From contig OZ024745.1 in NCBI GenBank assembly GCA_964016885.1, positions 39,184,001-39,248,000 of the forward strand: a stretch of 64,000 nt of DNA, written 5' to 3'. The translations under genes were made by a program, and so were the position numbers. The DNA is from Eledone cirrhosa. Lineage: Eukaryota. Each line of letters opens with the position of its first letter. The stretch's first letter is position 1. Below the pieces are notes generated by a model. It was not told the DNA's origin and searched no databases. It saw only the letters and a program-made list of their open reading frames with translations. This document shows positions 27,237 through 39,500 of this stretch, one piece after another.

Positions 27237-27238
<2 letters not shown>
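25770..27238. repeat. Two tandem 623-bp direct repeats (25985-27238) preceded by an inverted partial copy (25770-25983); PLE-terminal-repeat-like architecture
   Basis: 'atatgtaacccatttgca' recurs at about 25993 and 26616. 25770-25983 is the reverse complement of about 26440-26655. The same peptide LFVYPRVPFIYVSQRLFLAVART appears in three ORF calls. Flanked by (TA)n. Confidence 0.9.
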
Positions 27239-27261
<23 letters not shown>

Positions 27262-27267
<6 letters not shown>

Positions 27268-29917
27268 GATATTAAATAAATGGAAACTATATTTATAAAA
27301 CCATATTTTTTCAATTATATATATTTCAAGCGTACCAAATATTTTGGTACGCTATCATCAGATAAAATACAACATGTTTTATTAATATTTGACTTGACCA
27401 AGCATAATATACCTTAACGGTTCAAGTTATCCCTGCAAATTAAAGGGAAGAGAGAAGAAAAGTCAGATATTTAAAATTATTAATATGAGTATGCAAATGA
27501 TGTTTATATAAAAGGGCTGAAAAACGTTATTTTAGACGCTATGGAACATTTAAATAATTATGGCGAGGAAGAGAAAGAGAAAGAGAAAAAGAAAAAGAGA
27601 AAAGAATAACGTTAATTTGGAAGAAAAGATTTTTGTTTCCTATATTATGAGTTAAAAAATTATGGTTGTAAGTATTTTTATCTTATTACATTAGCATAGG
27701 TTATATGTATATAAATATCTATATATATATTAATAAGTTGCGTATGCATTGTCTATATAAACAAATATGAGTTACGAAAGATGTTGACATTTTATTTTCA
27801 AGTTGTGAGATTATAATAATTTGTGGAATCAAACATTTTCAGCATTGAGAATGTTTTCAGAATAAATGTTAATTTAACGAAGCTTCATAAATTATCAAAC
27901 TAAAATTGTTAAAGAAGAAGGAAAAGGAAGACCACTTAAACGTTAACTTAGGGTAAATATATTCAGACATTTATCTATATTTATATGGAGAATTATTCAT
28001 CTTATTATAATAATATATAAATATCTATATATATATATTTTAATAATAGCATATGTATTTTTTTTATTAAAAGGATAGTTTGTTTATAATATGAGTTACG
28101 AGGGATGTTGATTTATAAATACATAAAAAAATAAATAGGTGTTTGTTCCTAATATAAGTTACTAGGAATGTTGATTTTATGTAAATAAATAGGTAGTTAC
28201 AATTGAAAAGGTTTAAATTAAATTAAATTAAATTAACGGAGTTATGTATAAACAGTTTTTGTGATTGAAAGAAGGAAAGATAACTCCGATTTTTTTTTTA
28301 TTAATCGCAAGTGTGGGATTAATTAGTCAGTCTAAAGAAGTATGAATATTTAAACATCATCCTGAATAGGATACATTTTACTAAAAACAGTTAATTGTTA
28401 TTAATATACATTTGAAAATTAGCTTTAGAGGAATAATAAAGAATTAAGAAAAAAAAAAAAAAATTAAAAAATTAAAAAAAAAAATGTTTAATTAAAATTA
28501 AAATTAAAATTAAAATTAGAATTATATAGAAGTACAAATGTAGAAGTACATATATGAATATCTATACATATATAAATATCTATACATACACACGTATATA
28601 TATATTATAAGAAATTTAAAGATATGGTTTAGAGATATTAATATATTAAAACTATTAAAAATATTAAATGTTAGAGTAGATAAGATCATTTTAGAGATTA
28701 ATAGGAATATTATAAGTATATTATAAGTTACATATAGTTCTGAATGTAGAAATGTGGCGATGTCTGCAACAACTAATATTTCTGTCCTGAGGTTAATAGA
28801 GTTTTTACAATTAATTATATAAAAAATGTGTTCAATACATAATTTAAATAATCTTGATAAAGCCGTGTTTCGGTAAGCAAGTGCTTTCGAAATCGTTTTC
28901 TAAGATAATGAATAGTCTATATTCCTGCTTTTTAAGTTACATATAAGATATGAGAGGGTAGTAGAGTATTTTTTTGTCAAAAAGAATGATTGTGATTATT
29001 CCAGCGAAGTTTAAATTCTGTAGAAGTGGCACCGACATAGTTGAATATATTATCACTTGTTTTAACTGTACATTTATAAACTATGTTTTTATCTAAACAT
29101 GTATTTTGTAAAGGGCAGTTTGATTTGATTCTATAGTTACATTTTACGGAGTTGTTGTTGCTCGGAACCGTACTAGTAGGTTGGATATTGCTGAAATATT
29201 ATTATTGTTATTATGGTTATTTTGGTTAGGGTTTAAATTTAAGTTTCTATTATTAATTCTATTTATATGTTGTGCTATGTTCATAGTAGTAGAGTAGGAT
29301 AGTTGTATAGTATGCCTGTTAAAGATTGAGTGGTATCTGTGGGTTTTAGGAAAACATTTGTCTAGTGCTTTAAAGAATAGCTTTGCTAAAGGTGTTTTAA
29401 CGCTTAATGAGAATGGGGATGAGTACCAAATAATATTTCTAGTCTAGTTCTTTTGTTTGTTTTAGAGTTTAAGTTAAATTATTTATTCTTATTATAATTA
29501 ATTATAGGATGATTTGCCTTATTATTGTTGCCAATGTATTTAATTTTATTCGTATACCCTGCTCTATTTAAAGCTTCATTAAAATATTCAGCCTTATCCT
29601 CAAAAATATTTTTATTAGCAGAGATGCGTGAAATTCATTGCTGGACGCTATTGACAATGATGTTCTTAAAAGATCTACGATGATTAGAGTTAAAACTTAC
29701 GAAATTTAGATTCTCATTAATTTAATGGAATAGAGCCCTGTGCTCAGGTTTAAAGTTACGTCTAAAAAGTTAACGATTTATAGTTATTCTCTATATCTAA
29801 CTTAAGGTTATAATTATTGAAGAATTGTATTATGGATTTTCTTTTCCTATTAACTTCACAATTACTATGCTTTTCAATTAAAAGTAGCATATCATCACGG
29901 TATAAATATCTCTTCTA
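27262..29917 (-). mobile_element. 5'-truncated AT-rich Penelope-like element (Naiad-like)
   Basis: The minus strand encodes YLYRDDMLL, FLDVTLNL, SNH, RNIIWYSSPFSLSVKT..FPKTHRYHSIFNRHTIQLSYS and KCNYRIKSNCPLQNTCLDKNIVYKC..YVGATSTEFKLRWNNH (about 29915-28730). An AT-rich 3' region with a hammerhead follows. Confidence 0.85.
27310..27367 (-). ncRNA. Minimal hammerhead ribozyme
   Basis: CTGATGA-t-agcgtaccaaa-ata-tttggtacgct-t-GAAA-tatatat-a: perfect 11-bp stem II. Confidence 0.8.
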
Positions 29918-29920
29918 TTC

Positions 29921-30005
<85 letters not shown>

Positions 30006-30528
30006 GCATGCATGTGTGTGTGTGAGTGTACGCGTGTGTGTGGGGGTGAACGTATAATGTTTCCGTATTTTAACAGCTCTAACGTTATTACACTTCTTTT
30101 GATTATTATTTCCATTCAGCTATATGATTAAAGACATTAATTAAATCAGAAAAGGTAAATGCACACCGTTCTGAGAGTTATGTGAATGGCAGAGAGATCA
30201 TAATGCCTCACATGTTACCTCGTGTCTTTAAGTTCAATGCTGATAATTGTATGATGTTGGATATATTTGGGAGACCTTGGATTGAGAACGTGATAAAGGA
30301 AGACAGCACTCCTATCAACAAATGGCGATGTCTCCTAAGACCAAGGTGAAACATGACAGGGTGATATGAAATAAATAATATTTTTCAACTATATAACCTA
30401 CTAGCACTCCAGATCTGCGTCATTCGACAGGGAAGTTAATTAACGCCTCCATAACATGAACTCTCCGAGGTTCGCCATACTAAGCAGAATGACTAAAATA
30501 TATAACAATGTAATATATATACATATTT

Positions 30529-30533
30529 AGCTA

Positions 30534-30584
<51 letters not shown>

Positions 30585-30616
30585 ATATATATATATATAT
30601 ATATCTATCTATCTAT
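30529..30616. repeat. (TCTA)n/(TA)n microsatellite immediately 5' of the retrotransposon array
   Basis: About 12 TCTA units, a short TA run, then three more TCTA units abutting the element start cagacgtgtg. Confidence 0.95.
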
Positions 30617-30834
30617 CAGACGTGTGTAACTTCGCGGAGAAGTTTCCGTTAATTTATGTGAGAAAAAAACGTGAGTTTTTAGTTAAATTTTATATCATTG
30701 TGTAACTTGACTCCCCGTCTGAACCTTCAGGTGGTGGGTCAACTCATTTTCGCCCCTACAGGGGCGGCATATCCATTTGAAAATGTTTTCTCCATCGAAT
30801 CTTGGAAAAAATATTGTAAAATTTTGATTACGTT

Positions 30835-32713
30835 ATGAACGCTGTGTCCTACGATAATGGTGGTGGAGAGGCGGTAAGACTACCAAGCTCGCAGTCAACA
30901 ACGTCTTCTTCACTAGATACTATAGAGATGGAAAGACCAAATGAAAATGTAAAAACGAATTCATTTCAAACAACACAAATGACACCAAACAATTCAATGA
31001 GAACAAAAATAACAGCAACACCAATAATGATGATAAAAGCAACAATGATAACAACAACAAAGAAAAAAATAAAGACAACACCAATAACACCAGCATCAAA
31101 GATAACAACAACACCAAGGAAAATACGGATAAACCAACATCGGTGACAACAAGAATAACAACAACAATAACAACAATAATGACAACACCATCAATACGGA
31201 TTCCACAAAGAAACCAAAAATCTCCTTTGCAGAGAAAGTTCAAAAAAAGGAAGAATTGATATATCTCGACATAACAAATGCTGAACAACTTTTAAAGGAC
31301 GCTAGGAGATATGTCAGTTTCGAAAAAAATGGTGCTTTCAGCATCAATTCTCCGGTAGAAATTCGCAAGGAAACTGCTCTCAAAACGATAGTTTTTAGGA
31401 CAGTTTCCAATTCTACCCGAAAACCAGTCCAATTGTCCAGAAAGAAATTGAACTGGTTTTCAAAAATTCAATGAATGATATTGCATTCATTCAAAGAAGC
31501 AAACTTTTTGGGAGTATTTCGGTACTCATGAAGGATCAATTGACGGCCCAAAATTACTCTGTGTCGCCAATTGTATCCAACCTGTACACCTTTTTCCCTA
31601 CATACATTGAAAAAAACCCACAAAAGATCAGAATCACGAGTGTCACACCAAAGGTGAACATATGGTGGATTATGTGCGGCTTCATCAATTTTGATGAAGA
31701 CAGAATACTGTCAGTAGGCAAGTCCCCCAGAGATGTATTCAATGGGAGTAGCATTGAAGTTCTGGTGCAAATGAGCCCAGGGCGAATAGCTATGACCCCA
31801 CAGCGCGTACTCATGGACGGACTCACCTACATAAACTTTTCGGTTGAGGGTAGGCGGCCTTCATGTTACCATTGCTTTAGTAGGGGTCTCCTGAGGGCTT
31901 CCTGTCCTAAATTAATGAACCATAAAAAGGCTCTTCTGCCGACACCCATCAAAACAACACAACCACCAACACCACCACAAAAACAACATCAACAACACAC
32001 AAAAATAACCACACCAAACACTGTCTCACCCAACCCCACTCCACCTAAAACCACTGCAAAATCACATAAAGACACAACATCTCCCCAAGACATACCCCTA
32101 CCAAATCACACAGACGGTACAACATATGAAGCTCTCTCGCCCTCACCCAATGAAGACGAGGGAGAACCCCATCGCTTGAAAAGAAAGAAAAGATCCACAA
32201 AAGCAAAAAAAACAGCAAACACTACCACAAACATACAACCACCAACACAAACAACAAAACATCACAAACAAAACCCCCACCTCCTGAAAACAAAATACCT
32301 ACAACAAAACGAAAGCACACACAAGAACTACAGACAAAAACAAACACAACACAAGAAAATTACACTTACACTTACATAAACACTGAAAACAAAACACTAA
32401 TGGAGACCATCACGAACGAGTGAAAACTTTCGCCCACTCTATTAAAAATAGCAAAAAACTGAACCTAAAACTGATTAGGGTCCCTGTACAAACTAATAGG
32501 TCCCTAAAAGAAAAATTTGAGAAGGATGTGGGGAATTCCTGCGTGAAACCACTCAACCGCGTCCTTCTCAAATGTCTTCCCACCCCAGACACCCCCATCC
32601 CACCAGACTCCACCCCACCACACATCTGCGTCCCCACACCGCCGGAAACCACCACCCATCCAGACAATCCCCATGGAAATCGTGCGGCCTGGTCCCCAGG
32701 AGACGAAGGGTGA
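30835..32713 (+). pseudogene. ORF1 (gag-like, zinc knuckle) of copy 1
   Basis: Low-complexity N/T-rich N-terminus, SFAEK motif, INFSVEGRRPSCYHCFSRGLLRASCP (CX2CX4[H]X4C), Pro/Thr-rich tail. Frameshifted. Confidence 0.8.
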
Positions 32714-32750
32714 GTGATCTCTTTTCCTCTTTTAACTTTTCAGCACCAAC

Positions 32751-35700
32751 ATGGCCAATCTAAGAGTTGGATGTGTGAACGTACGCGGCCTGGGGATGCC
32801 CTGGAAACAGGGCAAATGCTTAAACGACCTCAGGTCGCACAGTATGGATGCGGTAGCCATTTGCGTGTCCAGGATCCACAGCGAGCGACAGCTGGCCCCC
32901 ATCTTCGATGACTTTGAGATCTACGCATCTCTCTGTCAACCGGGGGGTGGGGGCGGAGTTGCCGTTTTTTCTACGGAAACACTGGGCCTCGTAACACAGA
33001 CGGTACTTCTGGACCCTGAGGATCGACTGGTGGTCCTAGACGTTGACGGTAGTGAAGGTGGAGCCTTCAGGCTGGTGGCCGCATATGCCCCATCCGGGAC
33101 ACCGCGGCCAGACATTTTCAAACGTCTAGAGACTTTTCTGGGAACGTCCCGCTCCTTGCTTTTAGTGGGGGACTGGAATGGAATCGTAGATGCACGTTGG
33201 GACTATGTGGGAGCATGTCCCGATAAAGGTGGGTGTAACAGCCTCAAACAGTTAATCGACCGATTTGACCTGGCCGATAGATATCGACTAGATTTTCCGA
33301 CTGCGCCACTGTGGACGTGGAGTAATCGTAGCGGAATAACTAGATCGTACCTAGATAGGGTTCTAGTTAGAAATAAGGATAGGGACATGTTAAGCTGTCC
33401 ACAAATGTTCATGGTTGCCTATTCAGATCACAAACTAGTGACCTGCATGGCCAGCCTTGATAGAACCCATAGACAAGGACCCGGCTACTAGAAGCTGGAC
33501 TTGTCGTTACCGACAAGCAGAGCCTACAGTAGATGGATTAACACTTTAGTTAAACAGCACTTGACAGGGGCCATTGTCAACAAGAGATGGTGGTACTCTC
33601 TCAAGAGGGCAGTTAGATTAGACTCGATAGTTTTTAGTAAAGAATTAGCGTTAGATAGAAATAGAACCGAGAAGGATGTGGTAGATAAAGTAGAAGAGGC
33701 AATTAGAAGTGGCAACGTAGCCAGCGTGCTAGCAACGAGAACGGCCTTGGACCAGTTCTTCGACGCAAAGCGCAAGGGCTGCGTTGTCAGAAGCAAAATA
33801 CGTGCTCTGGGAAACGAGGGAGCCAAATCTGTTAGCTGGGCCCGAGTGACGGAGGCAAAAAGTGGCAACAAGTCCACGATTCGGTCTTTGAAGGACCAAA
33901 ACGGACGCGTGATACGTGAGCTGAAGCAGATGTGTGCAGCTTTTCAGCGGCACTTTTCTCAGCTGTTCGGGGGGGGGGGGGGGGCGCCGGGAGAGGCTAT
34001 GAATTTCGGTCCATACCTCGACAGCCTACCGCGACTCAAAGCGAGGCAAAGTTCTGCGAAAAGCCGATTTCAGCCACTGAGATAGGAGACGCGCTGAGCC
34101 AATGCGGCAAACGCAAATCTCCAGGTCTCGACGGTCTACCCTACGAATTTTACGTAGCAATGCCGGACTTATTCTCCGGTCTCCTGGAAGCGGTCTACTG
34201 CAACTAGCAACAGAACGGGAGACTTCCCAGTTCTATAACCGGGGGCGTGGTGACACTAATCAGGAAGGACGAGAATAAGGGGGATGACATAAGCAATTCC
34301 CGGCCCATAACTCTGCTAAATACTGAGTTACACATTTTGGTCAAGGTGTTGGCAAAGAGGCTGGCGCTTGTCGTCGAGAACCTGGTGGGAGAAGAGCAGA
34401 CATGCGCAATCCCGACCAGGTCCATACACGACAACCTCCACATCATGCGATACATCATAGAGAGGGTAGGGTGTAAACCCGGCTCCGGTGGGGCCCTGAT
34501 CAACTTGGATCAGTCTAAGGCTTTCGATAGGGTTGACCATCGTTACCTGGATGCGGTGCTCGAGGCGGCAGGCTTCGGACCTGTGTTCAGGGGCTGGATT
34601 GCTGCAATGCACAACAGCAACATCTGCTCAAGGGTCAAGGTGAACGGCTACTTCTCGGAGCCGTTCCATATTACGCGATCCATTTGACAGGGATGCCCTC
34701 TCTCCTCTCTTCTGTACGTACTGACTCTCGAGCTACTACTGCGGAAGCTGGAGCTATTGCAGGGCATCGCTCTGGAACCGGGACTGCGGAAAGCGGCGTC
34801 GGCCTACGCCGACGACGTGACAGTAATGGTGTCGAGCGCCTCGCAAATCCAGGAAGTCGCCACCTTACTGAAGGAATACGAAAGTCTCACAGGAGCGAAG
34901 CTGAACCGGGACAGGTCCATCGGTTTGCAACTCGGATCGTGGAGAGTCAAACCGATGCCTTTCGATGGCGTCGTAGACGCTGGACAGAAGGACCGGTAGA
35001 GCTGCTCGGGGTCTGGTTTGGTCCGGACCTCCAGGTGGAGAAGAATTGGAACGAAGTGACGGCCACGGAGTTTTCACTCACCCAGAAGTGGGCCGAGTGC
35101 AAACAATCCTTGAAAGGTCGAGCGGCGGTGGCGAACACTTTTATAGCGTCCGCCATCTACTACCGCTTGACCGTCGTGCCTTGTCCAGCCAAAACGCTCG
35201 CCAAAATGGAGCGCGCGCTCTTCCGATTCTTTGGAAGAGGCGGGTTCCTTTGGTGATAATATCCATCTTTTTCCAACACCCTTCTGGTGGAGGGCTGGGG
35301 ATGCCGTGGTAGACGGTGCGCAAACACGCGCTCAGGCTGCGGCATCTCTACGTATTCCTCACCGGACAACCGGTGTGGGCCCCGTTCGTGAGGCGAGCCT
35401 TCCCACGACTCGTCTCGCTGACCGAGCTGCAGTCCTGGGTCAAGCAAAGACCGAGGAAAATGGGCGACTGGCACATCGAATGTGCTCAGGCGCTCACAGC
35501 CCTCTGACAGGCGGACCCGGCGATCAGTGGAGAGTCCACTTCGTCATTCTATAGAGGGTTGGTCCGCAGCAAGTTCGACGACGCGCTCGGTGAAACTATA
35601 GGCGTAGAGGAAGGTAAACTAGCCAGTCTGTTCGGTAGGACCTTCCGTCCGGGACCGATGGACAACTTCCAAAAGTCCCTGGCCTGGCAGTGCTACCGAG

Positions 35701-36185
35701 GAGCTCTACCAGTTCGAGACAAGCTCTACAGACATGGGCGCCCGGGAAGGGACCCTGCAAAAAAGATCTGTCCGAGGTGCGTGCGAGACGAAGAAACCGT
35801 CGCGCACGCATTCATACACTGCCCGGGCGTCACTGACCTGTGGGGCTATGTAGAACGACTATTGTCGAGGGTGGGACCAATCCAGTTGACCACCGAGTCC
35901 ATTGTCATGATCAAACCGCCACCCTCCTTCAAAAACGAAGGAGAGGCGGTTTTCCTTTGTGTGATAGCTATGGCGAAAGAGGTTGTATGGTGGACAAGGT
36001 TGAAAGGGCTGAGGTCAGACACCTTTCTCTCCGGCCAACAACTGATTCTTTTTTTCAAATACCACTTTGGAAGAAGAATCAGGATGGAGAGAGAGGTGCT
36101 GTACCCCAGCAAGTTTTATGAAAGGTGGGTGAAAGTGGCGAGAATGGCCCGAGTGAATGGGCCTTCTCTCTATATCAGCCTGTAG
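32751..36185 (+). pseudogene. ORF2 (APE endonuclease, RT, CCHC) of copy 1
   Basis: VGCVNVRGL, RLVAAYAP, VGDWNGI, RSYLDRV, SDHKLV; KSPGLDGLPYEFY, RPITLLN, LDQSKAFDRVDH, SAYADDV; CPRCVRDEETVAHAFIHC. Several stops and frameshifts. Confidence 0.93.
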
Positions 36186-36539
36186 ATTGAGGAAAAGGAG
36201 GAGATGAAAGGAGTACACATTCTTCGTACTCCTGGAGATGAGAGTTGCACACTTTTTTTCGGGGGTATGTGTTACCCATATAAACCGTCTCCTTCTATTG
36301 GGGAAAATCGACTAACTTTTTAAATTCCATTTGTGATAACATTTTACACGTTTTTATTGTACGTAAACTTCCCCCTTTGTATGTGTCCCCTTCTTTTGTG
36401 CCCCTGTGGCTAATAAAGAAATCTATCTATCTATCTATCTATTTATGTATCTATCATCCTCCCTACCTATCTAGCTAACTAACTATCTATTCATCTATGT
36501 ATCTATCTATATGTATCTATCTATGTATCTCTCTTTCTG

Positions 36540-39500
36540 CCTGATGCATGGAATATCGCCGGTAAGATTTTTTGTAAATTTATATACGAAAAAAAGAACA
36601 AATTGTTTGAAAAAACATATTATTTTGTAGATTAATTAGCAAGCTAAATTGTCAGCTGGGTTGTAATCCTATGTTTCGCCCATTTAAAGGCGAACATTTA
36701 ATTTTAAAATTGTTTTAAAATGTCAAATTTTGCCAACTATAAAACACGAATAACACGAAGGAAACGCTGGAGAACGTCAATAGAGAAAAGAGATAGAAAT
36801 AGGCAGATTTTAACGTTATATCTGTTTCTGCTACTATGGAAGTCGCCATAGATACGACTGTCAACAAAGGGAAACAAATATTGGCACTTGAATATTGTTG
36901 GTACCGTAGCCTTAATGCGTGTTTACGTATCATTAGCCACGGCATTCCCAGCCCTCCTTTCGATGGGCGTTGACAGCAGATGGATCTCCTCACCATAGGA
37001 GCCCGCTACTCCCAAAGGAATTTGAAGAGTGCGCATAAAAAAATGAAAACACAGGAATTAAACCCATTAACATACATACACATGAAAAAAACAACATCAA
37101 CAACTCCACAGATACATCTACACATAAAGTTTCACCTCGTGAAGGAACTGAGATTTCCAACACCGAGGCTAACAACGATAACAACAACAACACCACACAA
37201 AGGAAAAAGGTCTTTCGCTGAAACAGTGAACAAAAAACAAGATTTTATAAATCTTGACATCTCCAATGCAAGAGATATGCTCCAGCAAGGGATAAAATCT
37301 GTAACTTTCGAAGAAAAGGGTGGGTTTAGAATTAACTCACCCCTTGAAATAAAAGAAGACACAGTTCGAAGATCAGTGATCTTTAGCACTGTGTCCAATA
37401 CCATGAGAAAGCCGATATTTGTTAGCCAAGGAGATATAGAAAATACCTTGAAAGAAATTCTAGCAAATATCGTATTTCTCCAACGAAGAAAACAGTACGG
37501 ATGTGTTTCTGTACTGTTTAAAAGCGAGGCACTCGCCCCAAAACATTCTGTGACACCAATAGTGTCAAAATCATTCACCTTTTTTCCATACATACATGTG
37601 AAAAAGGACACAAAAAATAAAAAATAAAAAATATACCACCAAACATTAATATCTGGTGGATCTCAGCTGGCTTTGTACAGCCAGAAACTGATATGATTCT
37701 TTCGATGCGAAAGTCTATTCGACAAAGGTGGACGGGTACTGATTTGGAGATTAAGTTGCAAATGATGCCGGAAAGAATCTCCAAAATACCTGGAAGAGTC
37801 GTCATCGATGATAACAACAAAATAAACATTTCGGTAGAAGGACGAACATTTCATTGCTTTCGCTGTGGTAGCACAGCACACATAAAAGCCTCTTCTCCTT
37901 CACAAACACACCACAACAACATCATTAAAAAAACACTATTACCAACACCAACACGAAAACAACCACCACAAGTACAAGACAGACGAAAACAGAAACCACA
38001 ACAAAACAAACAGCCACTTAACTAACAACAACAGAAAAATCAGTGACAACACCCCTGAAGAACACAGCCCCACCCTATCCCACTCCTTCAAACACTACCA
38101 CAAACACACACCGAAACACCACCACCACACAACATACCCCTACCCCACACTCCTGACGATGATTACTCATCGACGGATGAAGCTGCTTCTCCTTCTTTAA
38201 GTGAAGAATAGGGAGAGCCGCGGAAATCTAAAAAAACAAAAAAAGAGACACGACAAAACCCCCCCAAAATTCAATAACCGACACCAACACACCACCACAG
38301 ACACAAACAACAACACAAACAACACCACAGTCAAACATCCCCCTACCAGCAAAACCAACACCACCCCAAACACAAGCACCGACCATAAAAAGAAAACTCC
38401 CGGACGAACAACAAACTAAAACAACACAACAAAGACAGAAACAACAATACGCATACATCAACACAAACAACAAGAGTTTGATGGAGGTCATCTCCCAAAT
38501 CCCCAAGGTGGAGACGGAGGTCAAAACATTCGTCAAAGCAGAATTGTCTCCACACCTTAAACTTATAAGGGTTTCTATGGAAACCTATAATGACGTGAAA
38601 AAGGAATGTTCACAGGACGTGGGCAACCGCTGCCAGAAACCCATCAACCGCGTCCTGTAATCATGTTTCCCCACCAAAAACCCCATCCAGCACCCAAATG
38701 GAGTTGAACCAGCCGATCTCCAGGAAACGAAAAGGTAAGTGCGCCTTTCGTCCTTTTTCTCCAACTCTTCTTCACCAACATGGCTAGTTTACGAGTTGGA
38801 AGCGTGAGTGTGCGTGGCCTAGGGATGCCCTGGAAACAGGGCCACCTTTTAAACGGCCTTAGGTCACACGGTATCGATGTGATAGCCATCACCAAGTCCA
38901 GGATCCACAACAAGCAGCAACTAATCCCCATCTTTGATGACTTTGAGATCTACGCATCTCTCTGTCAGCCAGGACTGGAGGGGGAGTGGCTGTCATGTTT
39001 CGGGAAAAGCTGGACGTCGAAGTACAGCAAGTACACTTGGACCCGGAGGGTAGACTGGTAGTCCTAGACGTGAACAGTATTGGAGGTGGAGCCTTCAGAC
39101 TGGTAGCCGTTTATGCTCCGACCGGGCAATCGCAATCACGGCCAGACTCCTTTAAGCGTCTAGAGTCTTTTCTGGGAACGTCTTGCTCCTTATTTTTAGT
39201 GGGGGACTGGAATGGAATCCTAGATGAACGATGTGACTATGTGGGAGCATGTCTCAGTAGAAGGGGGGGAGGGGGACACAGCCTCAAATCTTTAATCGGC
39301 CAATTCCAACTGGCCGATAGGTATCCACTTGATTTCTCAACTGCACCACAGTGGACGTGGGCAAACCGAAGCGGGACATCTAGATCGTATTTAGATAGGT
39401 TCTTCATTAGAGAAAGGGACAAGATTTTAAAATATCCACAAATGCACATGGCTGCCTATTCAGATTACAAATTAGTCGTCTCCTTAGTCAATCGTGATAG

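Larger units (their letters stand above)
30617..36421 (+). mobile_element. L1/Tx1-clade non-LTR retrotransposon, copy 1 (full-length, decayed)
   Basis: 5' end cagacgtgtgtaacttcgc, ORF1, ORF2, 3' UTR ending cccctgtggctAATAAAGAAA, then (TCTA)n. Confidence 0.93.

Noticed and set aside
29630-29645. In-frame TGA in the Naiad-like ORF as selenocysteine
   Set aside because: The context (QQ*ISR) corresponds to a usual Arg position in an otherwise decayed copy, and no SECIS was identified.
33488-34690. Programmed readthrough or frameshifting in ORF2
   Set aside because: Most stops and shifts are copy-specific, and the few shared positions are Trp/Gln/Arg codons one substitution from a stop; this fits neutral decay.
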